Shown one piece after another: positions 37,463 through 48,629 of a stretch of 61,637 nt of DNA (within the stretch, counting starts at the first letter, position 1; each line of letters begins with the position of its first letter). The translations under genes and the position numbers were made by a program. The DNA lies in assembly GCA_001938485.1 (NCBI GenBank), contig MQRK01240227.1:37959-99595 (forward strand). The letters are read 5' to 3'. This DNA is from Girardia tigrina (taxonomy: Eukaryota). Under the pieces are notes generated by a model that saw only the letters and a list, made by a program, of their open reading frames with translations, did no database searches and was not told the origin of the DNA.

Positions 37463-37785
37463 ACAAAAAACTTTCGTCAGAATTTATCGTTATTAATTTT
37501 GACGGATCAAGCGTCATCATCAGACTAAAATTAACATTGATATACTCGCATTTATATATCAAAGCAATGTTTATGTAATCATTGTGTAATTTATAAATCA
37601 TAAAAATAATTTCAATAGAGTTGAAGAGGAGTTGTGTTTGCACATTGATTTTAGGATCAAAGGATTTGATTAACAATGTGTGAAGCTTTGCTATATAACC
37701 GCGAGTATATCATTGTTAATTTTAGTCGGATGATAACGTTTATCCGTCGAAATTAATAACAATAAATTCTGATGAAAGTTTTTTT
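37463..37785. repeat. Inverted repeat (arms of about 100 bp), each arm containing a degenerate hammerhead; probable inverted Penelope pLTR pair
   Basis: Arms at about 37463-37565 and 37684-37785. Minus strand: agt CTGATGA tgacgcttgatccgtc AAAA ttaa TA ac. Plus strand: agt CGGATGA taacgtttatccgtc GAAA ttaa TA ac. Confidence 0.75.
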
Positions 37786-38060
37786 ATTTATATTTGTTTT
37801 GTTTATTTATTTATTTTTTACAAATCAATAATCATCAGGCAGAAGAAAATATAAATTATCAAACGACACTGGGTCGGACTCCATATGCAATATTACAGAT
37901 TCATTGTGATGAGTACATATCTTTTTACCTCACCAACGGAACTTTACAGGTTTGTCAGGTTTTTTTTCTTATCTCAAAAATTTTTCAAAAAATGATGAAA
38001 AACGAATGACAATTTTGTTGAATTTTATTATCTTGTTTCGCTTTCTTGTATGTATACACA

Positions 38061-39570
38061 TGGGATCCGGAAAAAATATCACAGAAAAAAACATCACATG
38101 GAAAAACAATTGAAATAATATTTAATTATAGTAATTTTTTGCTTAAATTATGATGAAAAAACATTGTAAATGATGTCGCGGAAATTGTAAAAATATTTGT
38201 AAAATTTTGTAAATTGTTTATTAACCTAACCTAACCGTAACCCTATCCTAAATTATTAGTAATTTATAAATCCAAATTTATTTTTTTTTGAGCGACAAAA
38301 AAATCATTTTATCAATTTTATTATGATAAATAATATTTTAATTTTAATGATTAATTTAAAAAAATAAAATATTTAAAACATTGTTAAATAATGCCAAAAT
38401 TATTTTAATAATATATCACATTATACTCCCTAAGACTTAAATAATTTTAAATTGTAATAACATTGGAAGCACGAAATTTATTATATGAAAATTCATACAT
38501 GAAGTTCATATATGCGAAACTTCATATACATAAATTTGATATGTGAAAAATCATACATTGAGAAATTTAATATACGAAAAATTATACATGGATATTCAAA
38601 CAATTTATTAAAACATAAAACATAACATATTTAATTTAACATGAACTAAAAAACTAGCTATTTTTGGGATTTTCAATTAAATGATATGATATTTAATTAC
38701 AATTACATGTGCAAATATTTTGCAACCAAGCGAAGATAATCATAGTAGGTAAAGTTCCATATTCCTTGACATTTTTTTTAACGCTGAGCATTGTCGCGAT
38801 AAGATCTTTTCTGTGAATCTTGTTGAGCCGCCATGTACTGAGAAATTCGGACATCATTCGATGATTGGTCCAGTTTTAGATTGACAATTAACTTCCAAAT
38901 AGATGGATGTTCGGCTCCAACCATGAAATGGAACCCACGATACCAACTTTTAACATAATTGTTTGTCCTTGCAATGCCTTGAATGACTCTATGAAAACCA
39001 TTCCACGATTTTATTTCATATCGAGGGTCAGGCGATTGTCCACGTCGGTTAGCACCAATTCATGTGTCCTCAAAGTAATCGATAAAAAGGTTCAAGCCTT
39101 CTAATTCAGCATATGAAGCCTCTTGAATCAATATTTCAAATGATGAAATGACATCTTCCATTGTAACAAATGCAAGTGTTTGGAAACATTTCATGTGACA
39201 AGTAAATTCTGGGTCTTCTTTATAATTGCTGGAAATCATTGGGAAGGTCTGAGTTTTTCTCCAAAGGGACTGCCAAAAGTGGAAGAGACAGCCTGCTAAC
39301 TCTGTATCTGGAAAAGCACTTTTTGTTGCATTGCGAGTATCGGTCTCAAAGTCCGTCATAACGCTAATTGGTTGAAGATTCGGATTCAAGGTTTTCAAGG
39401 CAGCAAACATTCTTTGATATGTACACTCGATTTTATCAGGGATTAGAGCATAAATGGAGGGCAGCACGCCATTATATTTAACAGCATGTATAGTGTTGTA
39501 AATGTTGTAAAACTCATAATGATATTGTTAATAAGCACAATTGTTTTTTCCTGTAATGTTTTTCCCTAAA
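38061..39570 (-). mobile_element. Deleted MULE element
   Basis: TIR-like gaaaaaaacatcacatggaaaaacaattg versus caattgttttttcctgtaatgttttt; aacctaacctaacc; transposase ISVMTDFE...GCLFHFWQSLWRK...FIDYFEDT, RTNN..EGWYRGF. Confidence 0.87.
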
Positions 39571-39829
39571 CATATATACAATGTATATTATGTATATTAT
39601 ACATACATGTGTATAAGTATTTATATATGTAAAAAATAAATTTTAAATTTTATAAGTAAATAAATATGTATAAAATAATTAAATAAGAAATAAATTTAAA
39701 AACAGTAGAAGTTAAGAAATTTAAATGAATTCTATTAAAAAAAAATTTTTGTATAGCAATTGTTGATATATTTTTGCTATGGAATAGATTGATGTGGTGA
39801 TTGAATTGTTTAAATCAGTCAAATTTGTA

Positions 39830-40762
39830 TGTTGGGAGCGTTGCTGATTTCATAAATTTTTTGAATTTACAATCTTATCAAATTATTAATTAAACAATTA
39901 CGTTCCGTAAAATATTGCTATAGATATGTTAAAATAAGATTTTCAGAAATTTAATGTTAAAATTAATTTATATAAGAAATAAAATAAATTTTACGGTAGG
40001 TTGATTAAAAGATTTATGCAAAAATTTATTGTTATGAAAAAAAAAGTTAATGTCAAATTTGATGAAAATATTTAATTGAAATAAAATCAAAAGTAAAGTT
40101 TAATATTTTATTTGCGAAATAAAAGTAAACTAAACTATTTTTTGTAACTTTTATTTATACGATTAAATCGAAGTAAATTAAAAATGTAATAATTTTTTGG
40201 AAATTGTAATTGGAATCAAAAAATAATTGTAAAACAATTAAATGAAAAATGCGATTTTAATTTTATTTTGAAAAACGTAATTATTAATGGAAATATAATT
40301 TTATTTTTTGTAAAAAAGGGGTAATTTAAAAATTGTCAAATTAAACGAAATTGCGATTTTAAGTTCTATTTTTAAAATATTATTTTATTAAATCCATTAT
40401 GAAAACAAAATGGAAAAGGCTATTTTATAGAATTGAGAAATTTAATTGAGATACAGGTAAATTTAAATGTACCATAAAATTGAAAATTAATAAGAGACAA
40501 CAAAATCTTTGTGACAAAATTTTAATTCACTTTATAATTTTTATTAAAAAAAAGTATAGAATTTTAATTCGTAAAAAAATATAATAACCATATTTATATT
40601 TATATCAATTCTTAATTATACTAGTTTGTGTAAAAAGAAAGTGCAAAAGTAACTCAAAATATATATGTAGATATATATGTATATATTTGATTAAAAAACT
40701 CAAATTGTGGTAGAAATAAAGATTTGTGTTAATGATAATGTCTTTTGATCAAGAACCCAATA
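39830..40762 (+). mobile_element. Solo LTR, family A
   Basis: TGTTGGG...CCCAATA with an exact 5-bp TSD TTGTA. Confidence 0.88.
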
Positions 40763-41522
40763 TTGTAAATTGAGCGAAAAAGTATTTTTAAAACATAAAG
40801 ATCGAGTTTGTTTATATGATGAAATTACACATAGTTGTCGTATTTAAAAAACACGCTGTGTTGAATCAATTTTTATCGAACACAGTGGCTTAGCTAGGTT
40901 ATCTGCTTCCCTGTGCGGAGTTCATTTTTAGGCTCTCCTAAAACAAAACTCATCGGTGTGCACTCAAACTGACTGACGGTCCCGCTTCTTCAGCATCATT
41001 TCCTGAAGAAGGTTTTGAGAGTTTATCGTGGGACGTAGATCCGTATCTAAAACATCAAGTAATAATTCTTCTTCAAGGTTCTTCTTACTGCTTTAGAATC
41101 CGGTTTTCCTATTTCAAACTTGATCTCTTCATCTGACTTTCTTTCCTTTAACTCTTCTTTTTCGCATATACTCTTTCCTCGACTATATCTGGCAGTCTCC
41201 GATTACGATGGGCTTTCAGCTTCCAGATTGACATGGGCACTCCCTACTCGAGGTTGACTGAATATTTCTTCAGACATTAGAAACTTGAGAAACACGCAGT
41301 CCTTTTTCTTCTGTTCTTCTTCGATTGCCCTGTTTTTTGGTCCGCCTGGCTGTTGTCTGGATTTATCTAATATTCAGCTTATCCCACCTGGGATACGAAT
41401 CAAAATTAAAAAAATGAAATTGCAATCCAAAAATGAATTCTGATCTGATTTATGAAATTTGTTTCGATTAGTAAAGAAAAACTGATAGTTGATAAAAAAT
41501 TTTATTATTATAGTCTATAATA

Positions 41523-41750
41523 TTAGGTTGATCGAAAAACAATGGCGGTTTTGGGACACAAACTTCAAAGACGTGCAAATTCATAGAAACAAAAGTTTAT
41601 TAATCAAAGTATGAACCGTTGGCATCAATACATTTTTGCCAACAAGAAACAAGTTGTTTTATTCCATCAGCATAAAATGCATCGGTTCTCGAAGCGACGA
41701 ATTCTTGGAAGGCATTTTGAGCATAATTTTGGTTTTTGAAAATTTTTTCA
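41523..41750 (-). mobile_element. mariner 3' fragment
   Basis: TIR ttaggttgatcgaaaa; C-terminus AFQEFVASR..FYADGIKQLVSCWQKCIDANGSYFD*. Confidence 0.85.
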
Positions 41751-42029
41751 CGTATTTTTATGCTTAGATAAGCTCATTTTAAAAGTTCTGGTATCAAATT
41801 ACAAACTTAAATCATGTTACCCTGTCTGTTATGATTATCTAATGACTATGCATTTTTAATTAGTGCATCACACCAATATTATTTGTGTAAGTAAATATAA
41901 TCAAACAACATTACTAAACAAAGCATGCTAAATAAGTAATGGAAAATGTTAGAACTCGAATAATTTAGGGCTTCCCAATAGTACAAAATGCTGAGGCTGA
42001 TACTGAAAAAATCGTTGAACATTTGTTCT

Positions 42030-42153
42030 AGGGGAGTAAGATTTTGATACCCAGGCATAAAAATTTTGTAACATTTTGCTGCCCCTAGCCAAAAATTTGT
42101 ATCTGATGCCCGGTGCGGCCCGCACCAGCCGTACCCCCCTAGTTACGCCACAG
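42030..42153. mobile_element. hAT-like terminus with GC-rich subterminal motifs
   Basis: tgcccc and gcccggtgcgg motifs ending ctagttacgccacag, similar to the CAGTGGCGTA-type terminus at 32616. Confidence 0.5.
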
Positions 42154-42246
42154 GTCGAACGTATTGATTAAATGAAACCAAATAACATTTTCTATAATCA
42201 AAAAATTGACTTTATGATTTTATTTCAATCACCGGACGAATTTTAC

Positions 42247-42568
42247 GTGAGTAGGGAAACAATTGGCATTCAACCTACCCCGGGAGCATCCGTAACCATG
42301 GCAACGGTTGCGGTTACCCTAGAAACGGTCCCGGTTTCCTTGGAAACGCTTCTGATTGGTTTCTGGTACCCTAGCAACGGTTGTCAAAGTTTGCAAGTGA
42401 TTCGATTAGTTGTTTAGGCGATTTCAATGGTTACAAAGTGATCGAAACCGCGAAGGAAACCGAAACCGTTGCTAGGGAAATAGATACCGTAGCCATGGTT
42501 ACGGGTACCCCCGCAGGGGGGTTCTATCTCTTTCATTGTGGGTCGAATGCTCATTTTCCCCTGCTTAC
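42247..42568. promoter_or_regulatory. Fold-back repeat carrying an RFX X-box array and one Y-box
   Basis: GTAACCATGGCAAC, GTTACCCTAGAAAC, GTTTCCTTGGAAAC, GTACCCTAGCAAC, GTTGCTAGGGAA, GTAGCCATGGTTAC, TTCTGATTGG; imperfect inverted ends. Confidence 0.6.
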
Positions 42569-42784
42569 CTGAAATTCGTTACGGAAAACGAACCGATTAA
42601 ATTAAAAAAATTCATAACGGCCGATGAAAATACCCGCAAGAACGGCGAATATTTATTGTATAAGATCTCCGAGGTTTTCAAATGCGACGAAATTTTTTGT
42701 CAGGTTGCGTTGTATAGAAATTCTATTTTCAGTTGTTTTCATTTAATCATTTTTTTAATGAAAGTTATATTTTAATTTGGTCTT

Positions 42785-43281
42785 TGTGAGGAATATTTTA
42801 AATTGTTTGAATGTGTAAATGAATTGATGCTGTATGTTGATTTAAGTATGTTGAATTTAGAATGATGATTCTCCAACCCAGATGGAAATTGGTAATTTTT
42901 TATTTGGAATTTAAAGTGATTGACTATTCGAACATAATTAAAATAATCATTTGATAAGTTCATATTTTTAATTTAACAATTAAAATCAAGTTTAATATTT
43001 TTTGGTAAAATTTAAATTAATTGCATTTTTAATAATTTGATGACATTTTTATTATTTTAGGATTTATTAAGAAATGGTAAAATTTATTATTTTTAATTAA
43101 TATTAATTAAAATATTTCAAGAATGACTTAGAAAAATTGTTCGAATAATCATGATTAAAAATAGAAATAAGAAACCCAATTAGAATGATGACAAACGCTG
43201 AAAGACTTTCTGAGATTCATAATGACTCTAATTGTGATTGTAATAAAATTTCAAACGCGACTTGTCTAAATGTTCTTAATA
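42785..43281 (+). mobile_element. Solo LTR, family B
   Basis: TGTGAGGAA...TTCTTAATA; TSD GTCTT/GTTTT. Confidence 0.88.
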
Positions 43282-43559
43282 GTTTTAAAACAATGACATT
43301 TTAATTTAAAATTTATAAATTATAATTTTCTAGTTTACTTATTAGTTTTCACATTAAATTTCACGTTTCATATAAAATTATAATTTACTTTATTAAAAAT
43401 TCTAATTATTGGTTTTATGTTTAATTTTGTTAATTTTATATAAATTACTTTTTTGTGTTATTTTATAAAAATCTCATTTTAAATAATCTATAAATCTATT
43501 TTTCGAAATGTAATTATTGAATTGATTATATTTCAAATTCTAAAATTTTATGAACTCAA

Positions 43560-44737
43560 AAAAGCGATTAGAAATTGTTTGCTGAGTCACATCTAACGCG
43601 TCAGCTAATTGTTGTAGCGTTTGGGCATCATCTTCATCAAGTAAGACTTGTAGTTCATTACCTTTAAACTGCTTTCGTGGTCTACCAATGTCTTTGTGGC
43701 TCAGATGAAAATCGCCTTCTCCTGGAGGAAAACGTCAAGATGTTTGAAAAAGTAATAATCAGTAGGCGAGGGTCAGGTGAGTATGGTAGATGACTCAAAG
43801 TTTCGTAGCCAAGTTCGTTCAACAGTTGCATTGTCAAACGTGCGATGTGTGACCTATTGACTAATGTTGGTTGTTGTTGTTGAAGTTTCTGGTTCATTTT
43901 GACAATTTCCGGACTGTATCTGACTGCCGTAATTGTTTCTCCTGGATATAGGAAGCTACGATGAATAACACCGGCTGCAGACCAACAACCAGTCACTATC
44001 ATCTTTTTTGGTACAATTTCGGCCTCGGAAAGGGTTACGTAGCTTGATCGTGGTCCAACCGTTGAGAAGAACATCTCCGATTGTCGTAGAGAATCCACTT
44101 TTTATTACACGTTACAATTCGGTCCAGAAACAGATCATTCTTGTTCCGGCAGAAGAAGTGAGAAGGATACCTCAAAACGACGCATTATTTATTGTCATTT
44201 AATTCGTATGGAATCCATTTATTCAGGTTTTTCGACTTCCCGATGTCACGCAGATGGTTTGAAATTGTTCCTATCGTGACACCTAGTTCCTCCACAAGCT
44301 CTCGAACTGTTGAACGTGATTCGCCTCTACTAGAGCCTTCAAATTTTTATTTTCAATAGTAGGTTTCCGTCCACGGCCATCATCATCTTTGAGGGTTTCA
44401 TCTTTTTCTTGAAATTTTTTGAACCAACGTAACATAGGTTTGTTTGTGGTTCCATCGCCCAATACACCGTTGATATTACGGGCGGCTTCTGATGCTTTGT
44501 GGCCAAGTTTGAATTCATATAAAAATTGCTCGTAATTGCGCTTTTTGCATATTGACAACTATTTAAATAAACACGTTATTTTAGAGTTAATATTTAAACA
44601 AAGTATCATAGAAATATAGAGTTTTCTCAAGCTTTAAAATTAAGTATAAAACATAAATAAATGATAAAGATTTATTTCAAAACATGATCAAAAATCAGGA
44701 CCATTCAAAACACGACATTATTTTTTAAACAACTTAA
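43560..44737 (-). mobile_element. Decayed mariner element(s)
   Basis: LYEFKLGHKASEAARNIN, WIPYEL, LPYSPD; TIR-like ttttttaaacaacttaa near 44720-44737; a second HTH piece at 43560-43690. Confidence 0.88.
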
Positions 44738-45399
44738 TATTTAAATTTTGGAATGTAATATTTAATTTTGATAGTAATTAATAATTTGAATATATTAAAA
44801 TTATTTGATATTTTTAAAATGTTTAGATTTAATGTTAAGCAATTAGAATTTTCATAATTAATTAATAATAATAAATATTTTTCATTTTTTATAAAAATTA
44901 GGAAGAAACTCATATATATGTATATATATTGAATAATAAAAGTATTTCGAATAATTGATGTAATGACCATTTTGTTTGTGATATTAATAAATGTTCGAAA
45001 AGTCATTTTAATGTTGCTAATAATATTTAATTTATACGGTTTTCATTTTTAGATCAATCTTCGAAATAATGATACGAAAGTAATTCTTATTGGTGACATT
45101 GTCGCATGTATTACAAATACGATGCAAACTTATTCCATGAATAGTCTTCAAAAAAATGGAATAACAGATGAGCTGCGCCAATTTCTGCAGAGGGCAAAGG
45201 AGATCATCGAAGTTATAAATACACAATATTTAGCGCCTATGTATATTTGAATATTATTATTAGCTATTTTGGTTATGACTTGGTTAAATTTATTAGCTAT
45301 CAAAGGAATATATTTTTTGTATCAAGTTTTTTGCAAAATTAAAAAATAAATTGTCGTTTTCTTTTATAACTCTTGAAATAATTTAAAAATTGTAATGAT

Positions 45400-45898
45400 T
45401 GGGAGGAATATTTTAAATTGTTTGAATGTGTAAATTTATGGATGCTGTATGTTGATTTAAGTATGTTGAATTTAGAATGGTGATTCTCCCACCAGATGGA
45501 AATTGGTATTTTTTTATTTAAATTTAAAGTGATTGACTATTTGAACATAATTAAAATAATCATTTTATAAGTTCATATTTTTAATTTCAAAATTAAAATT
45601 TAGTTTAATAATTTTTAGTAAAATTTAAATTAAATGCATTTTTAATAATTTGATAACATTTTTATTATTTTGGGATTTATTGAGAATTTGTAAAAAATAT
45701 TATTTTTTAATTATATTTTTTAGAGGAAAAATATTTTAAAAAATTACCTAAAAGAATTGTTCAAATCATGATTAAAAACAGAAAAAAGAAAACCAATTAG
45801 AAGGATGATAAACGATGAAAGACTTTCTGAGAGTCATAATGACTCTAAATGTGGTTGTAATAAAAATTCAAACGAGACTTGTTTAAATGTTTTTAATA
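45400..45898 (+). mobile_element. Solo LTR, family B
   Basis: TGGGAGGAA...TTTTAATA with an exact TSD ATGAT. Confidence 0.9.
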
Positions 45899-46582
45899 AT
45901 GATGATGACCAAAAAGCGAATGATAAAATTTTCACGACAGTTGAAGACGTTGAGATGATTACATATGATGAGATCGCTTATTTCTGTTCAAATCGAGTCG
46001 GAGTGAATCAATTAGTGGAGTAATCCGTGTTGGTATTGGAGCAGTGGTGGACACATTCTGTCTTGGCGGACGGTGTGGAGCAGTGTTGGTGTACTACGGG
46101 CGTGTTTACTTCTGACACCATTGTTAATTGGTGGGTTTGAGACGAGTTTCTTGAAAAGGAAGCAATCTTAGAAATCTGAAAATGCTTTCTTTTCTAACTT
46201 ATCAATTAAATGAATTAAAGTAAACGCAAACAAATAATTATTAACTATATTAAAAATTTGTAACTATAACGGAAGGATGTTAGAAAAAAGGATTTTTTTA
46301 TTACACAAACAAGAAGTAGGTCAATTGGCTTTTTTTACAAAATATAAGTTACTTCTTTTTTTTATTGAAAAGCAGAATTGTCTGATTTTTATCCTTTTCA
46401 GATCTTCTTGCTATTCTTCAAAATTTTCTTTCACTGATTGAAAATCAAAGGAATTGACTGAGAAATGGTGGAATTATATCGTCTCCAAGAAACCTTTCTT
46501 TACTGTTAATTTAAATTTCCATATTTTTAAATCAATACTTTTATTGATTTTTTAATTAATTCTCTAATCCAAATCTTTTATT

Positions 46583-47020
46583 AGTAGGGGAAAAATGGGC
46601 AGCTGTACACTGATCCCCCCGCGCACGGTTACCATGGCAACGGTCGTGATCACCTAGAAACGCTTCTGATTGGTTCCTTGGTTCCCTAGAAACGGTTCCA
46701 GTTCACTTGGAAACGCTTCTGATTGGTTCCTGGTTCCATAGCAACGGTCGCGATTACCTAAAAACACTTCTGATTGGTCGACGGTTCCCTAGCAACGGTC
46801 GCGATCACCCTAGCAACGGTCACGGTTACCATAGCTTAGGCAGCAACGGTTCCGATTCACTGGGTGACGGTAACCAAGGTCACGGTTACCATAGTAACGG
46901 TAACCAAGGGAAGTTTTTCATTAGAAACGGATATAGTGATCCAAGGCGGTTGTAACCATGGTGACGGTTCCCGTATCCATAGCCTAGACAGCAACCGTGA
47001 CCAACTAACGACCGTAGCAA
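46583..47020. promoter_or_regulatory. Second, longer X-box/Y-box array
   Basis: Starts agtaggggaaaa like 42250; GTTACCATGGCAAC (46628), GTTCCCTAGAAAC, GTTCCATAGCAAC, GTTCCCTAGCAAC, GTTACCATAGTAAC and others; three CTTCTGATTGGT. Confidence 0.65.
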
Positions 47021-47189
47021 AAAGTGTTAATCGATCACTGCACAGTGCCCAAATGTGCTAATTGATATTTTTAAAGTGCTAATCAATAGTGCACATTGTG
47101 CCGCACATTTCTAATGTGTTAGCACAGTGCTTTTAAGTTGCACATGTGCAAAAGTGCAAAAATCAAAAAAAATCTGGAGAAAGCCTACC

Positions 47190-48625
47190 ACCAAATTTCG
47201 ATCCATGAAGAGGAAAAACATAAAACGGGCATTATCACTCAATTCGGACTCTATGAATACAACTTCATGTCATTCGGACTGAAAAAACGCCTCCCAAACT
47301 TTCCAACGGTACATTGATCAAATTCTAAGACCGTTTGGAGCATTTGCATTGTCATATATTGATGACATAATAATATTCTCGCTTGATCAAAACAGTCACA
47401 AAAAAACCTTGCTGTCGTCAGAACAGCATTACAACAGAATGGACTGAAAATCAATGAAACCAAATGCAAATTCCATCAACATAATGTGAACTTTCTGGGT
47501 TTTAACTACTCTTGTGAGGGAATACAACCAATTCAAGACAAGATTGACCAGATATTGACTCTAAAAGTTCCAGCAAATGGCAAAGCACTGAAACGCTTCA
47601 TTGGAGCAGTACCTTTCTATCACTGGATGATTCCACATTTATCGCATACAAAATCACTTTTACATGATTTAGCCGCATCAGCCAACAACAAGAGGAAGTT
47701 TAATTAGACGAGAGAACACCAGGAAGCATTCGAAACGTGTAAACAGAGTCTATCAAACATTACCTCGATGGCAGCACCCAATCAGGATAAAATCATGGTA
47801 CTATACACGGACGCCTCAACTAACGAAATCGGTGCAAGTCTTAACCAATACAATACATCAGAACAACTGGAGCCAATAGCCTTCTTCTCTAGCAAACTCA
47901 ATGGAGCAGAAAAAAATACTCAGCATTTGACAGAGAACTCCTAGCAGTATATCTCTGGATCAAACACTTTAAACATCATTTAGAAGGAACCAAATTCATT
48001 CTGTGAACCGATCATAAACCCATACTGCACATTCATAGCATGAAAGAACCATTCAACAGACAATAGAGAGGGATCGAATTCATTACTAGTTTCTCATTTG
48101 ACATGCAACATGTGGCAGGAAAATCAAACACAATTGCAGACTACCTATCAAGACCAGATCATGAGATATCTAATTTGAATCGAATATCAACTCAAGAATT
48201 AACCAGAGAGCAAGTCACTGTTCCAAGTCTTCGAAACCTCAAAGCAACATCTCTGAACATACAAACCAAAAATAGATTGTTAATCGATACAACAAAAAAG
48301 GATAAAATTTTTTTGCCAAACAAATACAGATTCCAAGGATTCTCGAGACTGCATAATATAGCCCATCTAGGAGTCAAAACAACAACCAGTCTTCTAGCAG
48401 AACGATATGTGTGGCCAAAATGAGGTCTGAAATCAGGCAATGGGTACGAGGCTGTCATGAATGCTAAAAAGCCAAAATAAACAAACATACAAAATCTCCA
48501 CTTGGGACATTTCCAGGCTGTGGACGATTCAAAGTGGTCTACATTGATATTGTTGGTCCTCTCCCGCAAGTAGAAAGTAAAAGATTCATTTTAACTCTAA
48601 TTGACAGGAAGACATCATGGACGCA
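47190..48625 (+). mobile_element. Gypsy pol pseudogene fragment (RT-RNase H-integrase)
   Basis: FGLYEYNFMSFGLKK, YIDDI, LYTDAS, SAFDRELLA, TDHKP, GKSNTIADYLSR, H..AHLG, VYIDIVGPLP. Confidence 0.92.
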
Positions 48626-48629
48626 TAAT

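Noticed and set aside
38221-38250. aacctaacctaacc resembling telomeric (TTAGG)n
   Set aside because: Only 2-3 units, lying within a MULE terminal region where such motifs are common.
32616-42153. Two CAGTGGCGTA-type hAT ends possibly bounding one large element
   Set aside because: The 8-bp flanks do not match, so there is no TSD support.
46620-47020. Possible CRISPR-like array or coding repeat (ORFs at 46707 and 46864)
   Set aside because: Units are degenerate without unique spacers, the context is eukaryotic with no cas genes, and the ORFs are by-products of the repeat.
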